This document shows positions 47,413 through 54,317 of a DNA stretch of 54,317 bases, piece by piece. Below the pieces are notes generated by a model. The model had not been told where the DNA came from. It worked only from the letters and a program-made list of their open reading frames with translations, and searched no databases. Positions within the stretch are counted from its first letter, which is position 1; every line of letters begins with the position of its first letter. Source of the DNA: a virus. The position numbers were made by a program, and so were the translations under genes. The stretch covers positions 1 to 54,317 of IMG/VR virus record IMGVR_UViG_3300045988_074365, one strand, 5' to 3'.

Positions 47413-47495
47413 CACAAACTTAATGCTGTGCCTATGGCATATAGGAAGTGCTAATGCCGTATTTATCACGTTTTTACAACTGCATAATTTTAAAA

Positions 47496-47545
47496 ATGTC
47501 GCTTATGTGTCATATATGTGTCTATTATATGTCGCTATAAGCGTC
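47496..47545. other. imperfect dyad downstream of int (attP or terminator candidate)
   Basis: cgcttatgtgtcatatat / atatgtcgctataagcg arms around gtgtct, followed by T7. Confidence 0.3.
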
Positions 47546-47581
47546 TTTTTTTATGCAAAAATATAATTAGAAAGAGAGGTA

Positions 47582-47740
47582 ATGAGAATGTTTTCTGATG
47601 AAGTCAGAGAGAAAATCTTAAGTAAAGAAGAATTACAAAAACTTGACTTAGTGACATTATCTCTTGTTATTCACGCAATCGAAGATGTTTTAGAGGAGGC
47701 AGACAATGAACAATCCTTATCAGGCACCTATGATGAATAA
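47582..47740 (+). CDS. small hypothetical protein (52 aa)
   Basis: GAGAGGT RBS. Overlaps the next gene by 35 nt. Confidence 0.35.
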   Translation: MRMFSDEVREKILSKEELQKLDLVTLSLVIHAIEDVLEEADNEQSLSGTYDE

Positions 47741-48212
47741 TCCTTATATTCAATCTCAAAATCCGTATATGGATAGAATGAATTTTTTGCAAAATTATCA
47801 GCAGAGCTTGCAACAACAGCCTATGCCGCAGCAGATAGCAGGCATTAACGGAAGAATAGTACAGGCAGTTGAAAATATTAATGCAAATGAAGTGCCTATG
47901 GATGGCAGTATGGCTTTTTTCCCTAAGCAGGATATGTCGGAGATTTATGTCAAAGGTTGGAACGCCAACGGGACCATTAATACGATTGTGTATAAGCCTT
48001 ATACAGCCCCAAAAGATAATCAGACAGTAAATTCTATGGCTAATACAGAAAACGCTAAATTTACCCTATCAGACGAAAGTACACAGCTATTCCTGAATAA
48101 GTTTGAGGAATTATCAGATAAGATAGGGCAGTTGGAAGATAGATTTGACAAATCTTTGGGACCACAGAGAAAAACTTCACGAACGCAAAGTAAGGGCGGT
48201 GATGAAGAATGA
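47706..48212 (+). CDS. hypothetical protein with a Gln/Asn/Pro/Met-rich N terminus
   Basis: GAGGAGG RBS. Starts MNNPYQAPMMNNPYIQSQNPYMDRMNFLQNYQQSLQQQPMPQQ. Confidence 0.65.
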   Translation: MNNPYQAPMMNNPYIQSQNPYMDRMNFLQNYQQSLQQQPMPQQIAGINGRIVQAVENINANEVPMDGSMAFFPKQDMSEIYVKGWNANGTINTIVYKPYTAPKDNQTVNSMANTENAKFTLSDESTQLFLNKFEELSDKIGQLEDRFDKSLGPQRKTSRTQSKGGDEE

Positions 48213-48436
48213 ATCAGCGGTTAATTCAAACTATAAATCAACTTAAGTCAATTCGGAATCCACAGCAAATGGCTATGAATTGCTTGCAACAGTCGGCACA
48301 ACGTGGAAATCCTATGGCAAAAAACTTGCTTAATCAGATAAACAGTGGAAATACACAAGGTGCAGAGCAGATTTTAAGTAATTATATGAATACGCAAGGA
48401 ATAAACCTTAATGATATTAAGGGAATGATGAATTAG
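48209..48436 (+). CDS. hypothetical Gln/Asn-rich protein
   Basis: ATGA overlap. Confidence 0.6.
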   Translation: MNQRLIQTINQLKSIRNPQQMAMNCLQQSAQRGNPMAKNLLNQINSGNTQGAEQILSNYMNTQGINLNDIKGMMN

Positions 48437-48507
48437 GACATTTTGGGTTGTGCGCACATAATGACCGGTTATCCCATTTGTTAATAAAATAAATGGAGGT
48501 AAACAAG

Positions 48508-49278
48508 ATGTTTAGTTCAAACGGAGTTAGTCTCGCAGATATTGCCGCAGTAACAGGCAATAATCGTAATAACGATGGTATGTGGGGCGATGGTGCATGG
48601 TGGATTGTAATTCTCTTAATCTTTGGCTGGGGAAACAACGGCTGGGGCGGTTTCGGTGGAAATGGCAACGGCGCAGGCTACACAGACGCGGCTATTCAGA
48701 GAGGGTTTGACAATCAGGCAGTTATCAGCAAGTTAGATGGCATTTCTAACGGACTTTGTGACGGCTTTTATGCCATGAACAACAGTATGCTCACAGGCTT
48801 TAATGGTATTAACACAAATATCATGCAGACAGGCTACGGCATACAGCAGGCTATTAACGCTGATACAGTCGCTAATATGCAGAATACCAATGCTTTACAG
48901 GCACAGCTTGCTAACTGCTGCTGCGAAACAAGGGAAGCCATTCAGGGCGTAAACTACAACATGGCAACCAACACTTGTGCTTTACAGAACACAATGAACA
49001 ATAATACAAGAGATATTATTGACAGCCAGCAGGCAGGAACGAGAGCAATCCTTGACTTTTTGACAAATGACAAGATTGCAACCTTACAGGCAGAGAATAG
49101 CGATTTGAGAAGAGCCGCTTCACAGGATAGACAGAATGCACTTCTGACTTCTGCTATGAGCGCACAGACAAATCAGATTATTGACGCAGTAAGACCTACA
49201 CCGGTCCCATCATTCCCGGCTTCTAACCTTTATGGTTATGCGTATGGATGTGGTTGTAACGCCGGCTGTGGCTGCTAA
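48508..49278 (+). CDS. hypothetical membrane-anchored Gly/Trp-, Gln/Asn- and Cys-rich protein
   Basis: GGAGG RBS. TM segment WWIVILLIFGW, then GNNGWGGFGGNGNG, an internal CCC and a C-terminal GCGCNAGCGC. Confidence 0.65.
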   Translation: MFSSNGVSLADIAAVTGNNRNNDGMWGDGAWWIVILLIFGWGNNGWGGFGGNGNGAGYTDAAIQRGFDNQAVISKLDGISNGLCDGFYAMNNSMLTGFNGINTNIMQTGYGIQQAINADTVANMQNTNALQAQLANCCCETREAIQGVNYNMATNTCALQNTMNNNTRDIIDSQQAGTRAILDFLTNDKIATLQAENSDLRRAASQDRQNALLTSAMSAQTNQIIDAVRPTPVPSFPASNLYGYAYGCGCNAGCGC

Positions 49279-49363
49279 ACCGTATGAAATTACATACGGT
49301 TACAACTGAATGATTGAGTATCTTAATTAAAACAACTCAACTAAACCGATTAAAACCCGATTT

Positions 49364-49418
49364 TTAGTCTAAGTTTAGTCTAAACTTAGTCCAAGTTTAG
49401 TCAAGAGTTAGTCAAGAT
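49364..49418. repeat. five 11-bp phased iterons TTAGTCnAAnn
   Basis: TTAGTC starts at 49364, 49375, 49386, 49397 and 49408, with exact 11-bp spacing. Confidence 0.9.
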
Positions 49419-49523
49419 TATGTCTGCTAAGCAGTATTACTTGATGTTACCGACACAAATGTCGGGAAGATAAAGGGCAGACTATAATGTTTGCCCTTAT
49501 TTTATGAAAGAGAGGTAAAAACG

Positions 49524-49943
49524 ATGGAAATAACAGGAATTGCATTACAAACAGTTGCCGCCGGAGAAGATGTGGCATTTACAGAAACACCGGTATGTGG
49601 AACTAAATGTATAGTTCACAGACAGGGAAGCGGAATTATCAAGTTAAGAGGTATTACAAATCAGTGTAAGGCAAGATTTTTAGTATCGTATTCCGGCAAC
49701 ATTCAGATTCCTACAGGCGGTACAGTTGAAGAGATTTCGCTTGCCATTGCAGTAGATGGAGAGCCTTTGCAGTCAACAAGAATGATTGCAACACCGGCAG
49801 CAGTACAAAATTTATTTAACGTTTCGGCTCAGGCATACGTTGATGTACCTTGTGGTTGTTGCAGTACAGTAGCGGTGCAGAATACATCTACACAGGCTAT
49901 CGAAGTACAGAACAGTAATTTGATTGCGGTAAGGGAGGCTTGA
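49524..49943 (+). CDS. beta-rich Cys-containing protein (possibly a C1q/TNF-like jelly roll of the BclA-C / DUF3992 type)
   Basis: GAGAGGT RBS. The pattern of alternating beta-strand-like segments and the PCGCC motif are recalled from memory only. Confidence 0.6.
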   Translation: MEITGIALQTVAAGEDVAFTETPVCGTKCIVHRQGSGIIKLRGITNQCKARFLVSYSGNIQIPTGGTVEEISLAIAVDGEPLQSTRMIATPAAVQNLFNVSAQAYVDVPCGCCSTVAVQNTSTQAIEVQNSNLIAVREA

Positions 49944-49947
49944 TGAT

Positions 49948-50562
49948 ATGCACAAATGGGCTAAACAGATTATGGAATGTGTCAAGACAAAAGTTGAAGC
50001 AATCGGATTAGATAGCTTTGAGGGACAGAACCTTGACGATTTAAAGGATTTTACAGAAATAGCGAAGAATATAGCTTGTTTTGACAAGGATTATAGAATT
50101 GTTGAAGCTATGGAAAAGTCGGAAGATAACGAGGATATTATGCGTATGCTTGAACAGTACGAAGATTATCCGGACAGAAGATACTATGACCACTACCGCT
50201 ATGCAGATGGCAGATTCGCCCCAAAAGGCAAGGGGACATATCGTAGAGGGTATGAGGAGCCACCTTATATGCACATGTACCCAGAAGCAGAGCATATGAG
50301 AGATATGGATAGGGATTATGGCAAGATGTACTATACAGAGCCAATGTCCGAAAGCAATTACGACAGAGCAAAGAGAAACTACACAGAAACTAAGGAAATG
50401 CACAAGGCTAACACACCAGAAGATAAGGAACACAAGATGAAGTCACTTGACAGCTATACTAAGGAACTCGCAAGCGATATTACAGGTATGGTGGCTGATA
50501 TGTCGGCAGAAGAGAAGAACTTGCTTAGAACGAAGTTAAGCACTCTTGTATCTAAGATATGA
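49948..50562 (+). CDS. hypothetical Tyr/Arg/Asp/Met-rich protein
   Basis: GGGAGG RBS. Contains RRYYDHYRYADGRF...YRRGYEEPPYMHMYPEAEHMRDMDRDYGKMYY. Confidence 0.65.
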   Translation: MHKWAKQIMECVKTKVEAIGLDSFEGQNLDDLKDFTEIAKNIACFDKDYRIVEAMEKSEDNEDIMRMLEQYEDYPDRRYYDHYRYADGRFAPKGKGTYRRGYEEPPYMHMYPEAEHMRDMDRDYGKMYYTEPMSESNYDRAKRNYTETKEMHKANTPEDKEHKMKSLDSYTKELASDITGMVADMSAEEKNLLRTKLSTLVSKI

Positions 50563-50622
50563 TTTTAAGGGCTATGGGTAGCAATATTCATAGCCTTATT
50601 CCATTCAGAAAGGAGCATACAG

Positions 50623-50943
50623 ATGATTTTTAGCATTAATGGTACAATGTGGCAGGTGCAATATAAAAATTCAAATTCGGGCGAATTAAAGCGGTCAGAC
50701 AACGTTTCTGTACTAGGTGTAACTGATAGAAATACACATACAATTTATCTTTCAAATGCCTTGCGTGGATTTATGCAACGCAAAGTGCTGATACACGAAG
50801 TATGCCATGCAATCTGTATGTCCTATGATGTGTATTTGCCTATCGAACAGGAAGAGATATTGTGCGATTTTGTAGCAACTTATGGGGATGAAGTATTTGA
50901 CATTGTTGATATGGTTTTAGGGGCAGTTAGGAGAGTGGGATAA
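50623..50943 (+). CDS. putative zinc metallopeptidase (HExxH)
   Basis: LIHEVCHAI motif. AAGGAG RBS. Confidence 0.55.
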   Translation: MIFSINGTMWQVQYKNSNSGELKRSDNVSVLGVTDRNTHTIYLSNALRGFMQRKVLIHEVCHAICMSYDVYLPIEQEEILCDFVATYGDEVFDIVDMVLGAVRRVG

Positions 50944-51077
50944 TGAGTATTGAAGAACTGTTAAAAATAATTAAAAGGACCAATCCAGATATGACAAAAG
51001 AGAGGATGTTGACCGAATTGAAAGAAAACAAATACTCTAGTGTTGCACTTATTATGTCACTAGAAAGCAAAAAGTAG
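50943..51077 (+). CDS. small hypothetical protein (44 aa)
   Basis: TAATG overlap. Ends inside the bidirectional terminator. Confidence 0.35.
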   Translation: MSIEELLKIIKRTNPDMTKERMLTELKENKYSSVALIMSLESKK

Positions 51078-51095
51078 GCTCAATGCCTACTTTTT
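51069..51095. terminator. bidirectional terminator
   Basis: agtaggc-tcaat-gcctact with A-run and T-run flanks, between convergent blocks. Confidence 0.7.
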
Positions 51096-51308
51096 AATTT
51101 TTGCTAATAGTTCATTGTGTGTTTCCATTAGCCATAGAAGTAATTTTTTGCTTCTGTCCTCGGATTCTTCTTCCTTGTAAAGAAAATGAGGTACAGGAAG
51201 TTCATAATTGTTGCACAATTTCATTGAAAGTTGTAGAACTTCTTCCCAATCTCCACGATTTTGAGCATTTAAAATCTGGTCAAAAATTCCGTGCCAAGCT
51301 GTAACCAT
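51087..51308 (-). CDS. hypothetical protein
   Basis: AAGGAG RBS 7 nt upstream on the minus strand. Confidence 0.65.
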   Translation of the reverse strand: MVTAWHGIFDQILNAQNRGDWEEVLQLSMKLCNNYELPVPHFLYKEEESEDRSKKLLLWLMETHNELLAKIKK

Positions 51309-51370
51309 AGTTTTTCTCCTTTTTGCGTTTCTCTTGCACTTTTAAAAGTGCTAAACAAATAATTAAGTTT

Positions 51371-51446
51371 AAAAATTAATTTACATTCCAATGTGGGTTA
51401 TTCAGGGAAAAATTAAATTTGAAAATTACTTTACATTCCAATGTGG
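51371..51446. repeat. two 26-bp direct repeats 50 bp apart (core TTACATTCCAATGTGG)
   Basis: 51371..51396 and 51421..51446 match at 24 of 26 positions. The core holds the inverted arms ACATT/AATGT. Confidence 0.85.
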
Positions 51447-51501
51447 AGATATTCAAGAAATTAATGAGATTATATAACATTGCTAACAATATGTCAAGGT
51501 T

Positions 51502-52287
51502 CTATACTATGTCATATTTTTTAGAGACTATCTTCCCTTTATTGGCACCTTTTTCAAAAGGTTTGATGTATACCACTTTGCCTGACTTATAGTGTCTATA
51601 ATGTCCTCTTACAGACCAACATTCTGCCACACGGACAATTTTCTTACTTCTGATTTTTGAAGCTACTGTCGGGCTATCTGTCTTGATTGAAACACCATTC
51701 AAACGGACAATATGTTCTTTACTTGAATAAAAATTATGCTCTGAATTGTGAGGACTTCTTTTCTTTCTATGTACTTCCTTTTGTTCAGGATGCAACATAA
51801 GATAGTTGAGCCACAAGGTCACACCTAAAGCAGACATAAACAATGATGATAATTTTTTCTTGGTATCATTGTCCTCTTTACCTTTAATTGCGCCCATAAT
51901 CTGACTTTTAGGGTCAACATAGTCCTCTATTTTTAAAGCACCGCCTATTGCCATCTCACAAGGGAAAATGTATTTAGCAGAACAAAGCCATACGGTGGAA
52001 TTATCCGTTACTGCAAGCGTATCTGCCTTGACAGCAATAGCATTGTCTTCAATGTCTGAATTAAATAATACCGTTCCCGATTCAGAGCCATTTTTAAGGA
52101 CAAACACGCCCTCTTTTAAGATTGGCATAGCAGGTACTTTTTCAGGAATATTTTTCATAAATGCTTCTACCTGCTGATACCTGTTAATGTTGATTTCGAT
52201 TTTATCCATATTAGCGGATTTTTTGTATAATTCTGCCCCTTTTTTATTGGCTAAATCAAAAATCTGCTGATTTAAGTTATTTTTCAT
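51502..52287 (-). CDS. hypothetical protein (261 aa) with a basic C-terminal domain
   Basis: AAGGAG RBS. C terminus ...ECWSVRGHYRHYKSGKVVYIKPFEKG. Confidence 0.7.
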   Translation of the reverse strand: MKNNLNQQIFDLANKKGAELYKKSANMDKIEININRYQQVEAFMKNIPEKVPAMPILKEGVFVLKNGSESGTVLFNSDIEDNAIAVKADTLAVTDNSTVWLCSAKYIFPCEMAIGGALKIEDYVDPKSQIMGAIKGKEDNDTKKKLSSLFMSALGVTLWLNYLMLHPEQKEVHRKKRSPHNSEHNFYSSKEHIVRLNGVSIKTDSPTVASKIRSKKIVRVAECWSVRGHYRHYKSGKVVYIKPFEKGANKGKIVSKKYDIV

Positions 52288-52327
52288 CTTTTCACTCCTT
52301 TCAAAATTTTGATGTAAACTTTTTTGA

Positions 52328-52335
52328 CCCCCCCC
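52328..52335. repeat. C8 homopolymer (G8 on the coding strand) in the upstream region of 51502..52287
   Basis: tttgacccccccctatgg, counted base by base. Confidence 0.9.
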
Positions 52336-52397
52336 TATGGTATTTTGACTAGATTACAAAATCCTTTTTAAAAAATCTCGAAAATTTGAACCGGATT

Positions 52398-52658
52398 TCA
52401 AAGCAATTCATTCTCTTTTTCGTACATCATAAGTAGGGTGGCAGCAGTCATTTTTACAATCCGTTCCCCAGGTTCAAGCGTGAACTCCGTCGCCGGGTCA
52501 TTCTCAATAAAATTATAATCTTTGTAGATGGTCACGCCCTCTACATCCTGCACCACCACATCTAATATAAGGTGGCTCCCAAATTCCGCTATATCTTGCT
52601 TAAGCTCGTCAATCAGGCTTTGGCAGTCATAAGAAATTTTAATGCTGGCTTTATTCAT
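52398..52658 (-). CDS. hypothetical protein
   Basis: The ATG at 52658 overlaps the upstream stop (ATGAATAA coupling). The ORF track opens at 52667 with a GTG. Confidence 0.6.
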   Translation of the reverse strand: MNKASIKISYDCQSLIDELKQDIAEFGSHLILDVVVQDVEGVTIYKDYNFIENDPATEFTLEPGERIVKMTAATLLMMYEKENELL

Positions 52659-53025
52659 AAATGCCACAAATTTTACCCCCTTTTCTGATGTAATTTGCGG
52701 TTAAGGTATAAGCCGACGCAATATTAAAATCGTAAATGCCGATAACTGCTACAGCTCTATCAAACAGGGCAGCAGTATATTCAGGAACATTACGCCGGAT
52801 GTCCTCTCTCAAATCTGCAAGACAATAACACTTGCCAAGGGTTTCCCAGATATAGGCACATTCACCCTCTAACCCCATTATTTTGTTATATTCGTCCAAA
52901 AAATCCCGGATAGAGTAACCTTTTACACCGGGAAAATGCCTTTTTGAGCATGAGACCGCCTCAAGCTCAAATTCTTCTTTTTTGGCAGCAATTACCGCCT
53001 GTTTTAAGTTTTCAAATTTAATCAT
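52651..53025 (-). CDS. hypothetical protein
   Basis: AAGGAGA RBS. Confidence 0.65.
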   Translation of the reverse strand: MIKFENLKQAVIAAKKEEFELEAVSCSKRHFPGVKGYSIRDFLDEYNKIMGLEGECAYIWETLGKCYCLADLREDIRRNVPEYTAALFDRAVAVIGIYDFNIASAYTLTANYIRKGGKICGIYE

Positions 53026-53174
53026 ATTTTTCTCCTTAAAATATAATGCAAAAATTTTTATACCCTCTACGCTTTGCAGAGGCGTATATCGGAAACTATT
53101 TTTAAAAATCCCTTGAAATTTGGTCTGAATTTAACCTAAATTTTACCTTGAAAATCTGCCAGCTAAATTCACGC

Positions 53175-53195
53175 AAAAAAGGCGGATGGTCCGCC
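53175..53195 (-). terminator. rho-independent terminator
   Basis: On the minus strand, ggcgga-cca-tccgcc followed by T6. Confidence 0.7.
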
Positions 53196-53197
53196 TT

Positions 53198-53455
53198 TTA
53201 AAAGTCCCCGTCTGCCTTGCATTCGTCAATATAGTCATCGACAGTTAATTTTACTGCCGCTTCAATGTCGGCTTTGCTTTCGTTTTCGCTATATCGCTCG
53301 TTTGCGATGTATGAAAGCGTATCATTTAGTGCCGCTCTCAAGGTCTGCTCGTCGTAGAATGGGAGCTTTTTTTCTTTTTCTTCAACGTCAATTGCAATTT
53401 CCCACAATTCAACGCTCATTTTTTCGATGTTATTCTTGTAATTTGGTTCTTTCAT
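53198..53455 (-). CDS. small strongly acidic protein ending in ADGDF
   Basis: 22 Asp/Glu against 11 Lys/Arg in 85 aa. AGGAGA RBS. Confidence 0.65.
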   Translation of the reverse strand: MKEPNYKNNIEKMSVELWEIAIDVEEKEKKLPFYDEQTLRAALNDTLSYIANERYSENESKADIEAAVKLTVDDYIDECKADGDF

Positions 53456-53726
53456 AGTTAGACTCTCCTAAAATATAATGTAAAATAAATTGATACCCCC
53501 TAGGGTATGCGTTCCCCAGGTGGTAAAGTTAATTTTAAAATGTGGCAAAATTTCAAGGCAAAATTGCCCCGATTTTACCGTAAAAACAGGCTAAAAACTT
53601 TAGCGCCCTAAAGCCTGCAAGCGTTCAAATCCTGCCTTTATTATACACCGGTCAAGGCTGCCCGGTCAAGGCTTGGAACGCAAAAACCGCCGCCGGTATC
53701 GGTCCGGCTGGCATTCTCTGCATAGG

Positions 53727-53921
53727 CTACTGTTCGATGATTTCAAAGCATTTTTGTATTTCTTCTAGGCTGTGGCAGCATAACCCGCCGGGATAACGAT
53801 ATATAGCCATATAATCGCCACCGCCTAGAGGTTGCATATCTTTCAAATATGCTCTATATCCTCCGTTTCCTTTTATAATCTTTGGGTATCCGTCTTTCCT
53901 CATTTTTTCGATTCTTGTCAT
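53727..53921 (-). CDS. hypothetical protein
   Basis: GGAGG RBS 9 nt before the ATG at 53921. Confidence 0.6.
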   Translation of the reverse strand: MTRIEKMRKDGYPKIIKGNGGYRAYLKDMQPLGGGDYMAIYRYPGGLCCHSLEEIQKCFEIIEQ

Positions 53922-53968
53922 GTTCTTATTCCTCCATATTTTCAAAATTTCCCGGTCATTCCGGTAAA

Positions 53969-54015
53969 AGCAAGCCGGGGAATCGAACCCCGGAACCGCA
54001 CCGCCTGCGCTTGCT
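53969..54015 (-). ncRNA. tRNA-like minihelix (acceptor plus T arm only); may act as a terminator
   Basis: On the minus strand: AGCAAGC-16 nt-CGGGG-TTCGATT-CCCCG-GCTTGCT followed by TTTT. Confidence 0.4.
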
Positions 54016-54197
54016 TGATTATTTTATTCTGCGTCAAAGGCTTCTTCTAATTCGTCCGCCATATCGTTCAAAGCCTCGCCGATTGCCTGACCTAATAAAT
54101 AACATCTGATTGTTACGTCCATTTTTTCCCAATCTTCAGATAAAAACCACTCGCCGACCGTCTCGGCATCCGTTCCGAATTCGTCGCAGGCTTCCCT

Positions 54198-54317
54198 TTC
54201 TTTTTTTGCTATACCAAGTATAACGCTAGCGTTATATAATTACAATATCGGAAAATTATACAAATATAACGATAACAATATATATTTTTATGCAAAATGT
54301 ATAACGATAACGTTACA
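54198..54317. repeat. terminal direct repeat, right copy
   Basis: Matches 1..119 with a single-T indel, checked base by base. Confidence 0.9.

Noticed and set aside
49364-49418. CRISPR array interpretation of the short repeat arrays (here, 37504..37645 and 51371..51446)
   Set aside because: The repeat units are 9-26 bp with spacers of 0-24 bp, far from CRISPR geometry, and there are no cas genes.
54024-54122. 32-aa minus-strand ORF (MDVTIRCYLLGQAIGEALNDMADELEEAFDAE)
   Set aside because: The RBS (GGGA) is weak and the ORF is very short. Its frame is open upstream without a start codon. It is left unannotated, though it may be real.

Overview
The window is one complete low-GC tailed-phage genome of about 54.2 kb. 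It looks like a temperate siphovirus, and the AGGAGG-type ribosome-binding sites suggest a Gram-positive (Bacillota-like) host. The first 119 bp recur at 54198..54317 with a single T indel, so the unit is circular or terminally redundant.

Gene order on the + strand:
- a ribbon-helix-helix regulator with operator dyads (0.0-0.5 kb)
- a small-terminase-like gene (1.36-2.04 kb)
- a tRNA island (2.35-3.42 kb) with 3 canonical tRNAs (Gln-TTG, Tyr-GTA, Ser-GCT) and at least 3 aberrant tRNA-like elements
- about 12 small genes of unknown function
- large terminase, portal, scaffold, capsid, head-tail joining genes, major tail, chaperone pair with a canonical -1 slip site, tape measure and a 1000-aa tail-tip/fibre protein (6.9-25.1 kb)
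- an M23 endolysin (25.4-26.4 kb)
- a divergent CI/Cro-like switch with ACTATC-N7-GATAGT operators (27.4-28.1 kb)
- antirepressor, a recombination/replication module (Rad50-like ATPase, RecT, MBL nuclease, SSB, replisome organiser with 11-bp phased iterons, GIY-YIG, SNF2)
- two DNA methyltransferases
- late regulators and a large serine integrase (46.05-47.41 kb)
- an accessory region (47.5-54.1 kb) of unknown genes in two convergent blocks

The most unusual element is the cytosine-5 methyltransferase at 41881..43864. It has about 1.2 kb of tandem target-recognition-like modules. Its frame is broken six times, twice inside tetranucleotide repeats, (ACTT)5.75 in motif IV and (GACA)9.75, each exactly one unit out of frame.

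Other points worth a second look:
- the degenerate tRNA-like elements
- an 11-bp phased TTAGTC iteron array
- a 12-mer (AACGTGATAAAT) at three distant loci, two of them bracketing the integrase in inverted orientation
- short direct repeats flanking two single-gene cassettes
- a Cys/Gly/Gln-Asn-rich accessory cluster
- recurrent SSB-like C-terminal ...DECPF tips

No CRISPR array, reverse transcriptase or transposase was seen. All functional calls rest on motifs read from the translations and on synteny. No database search was possible.
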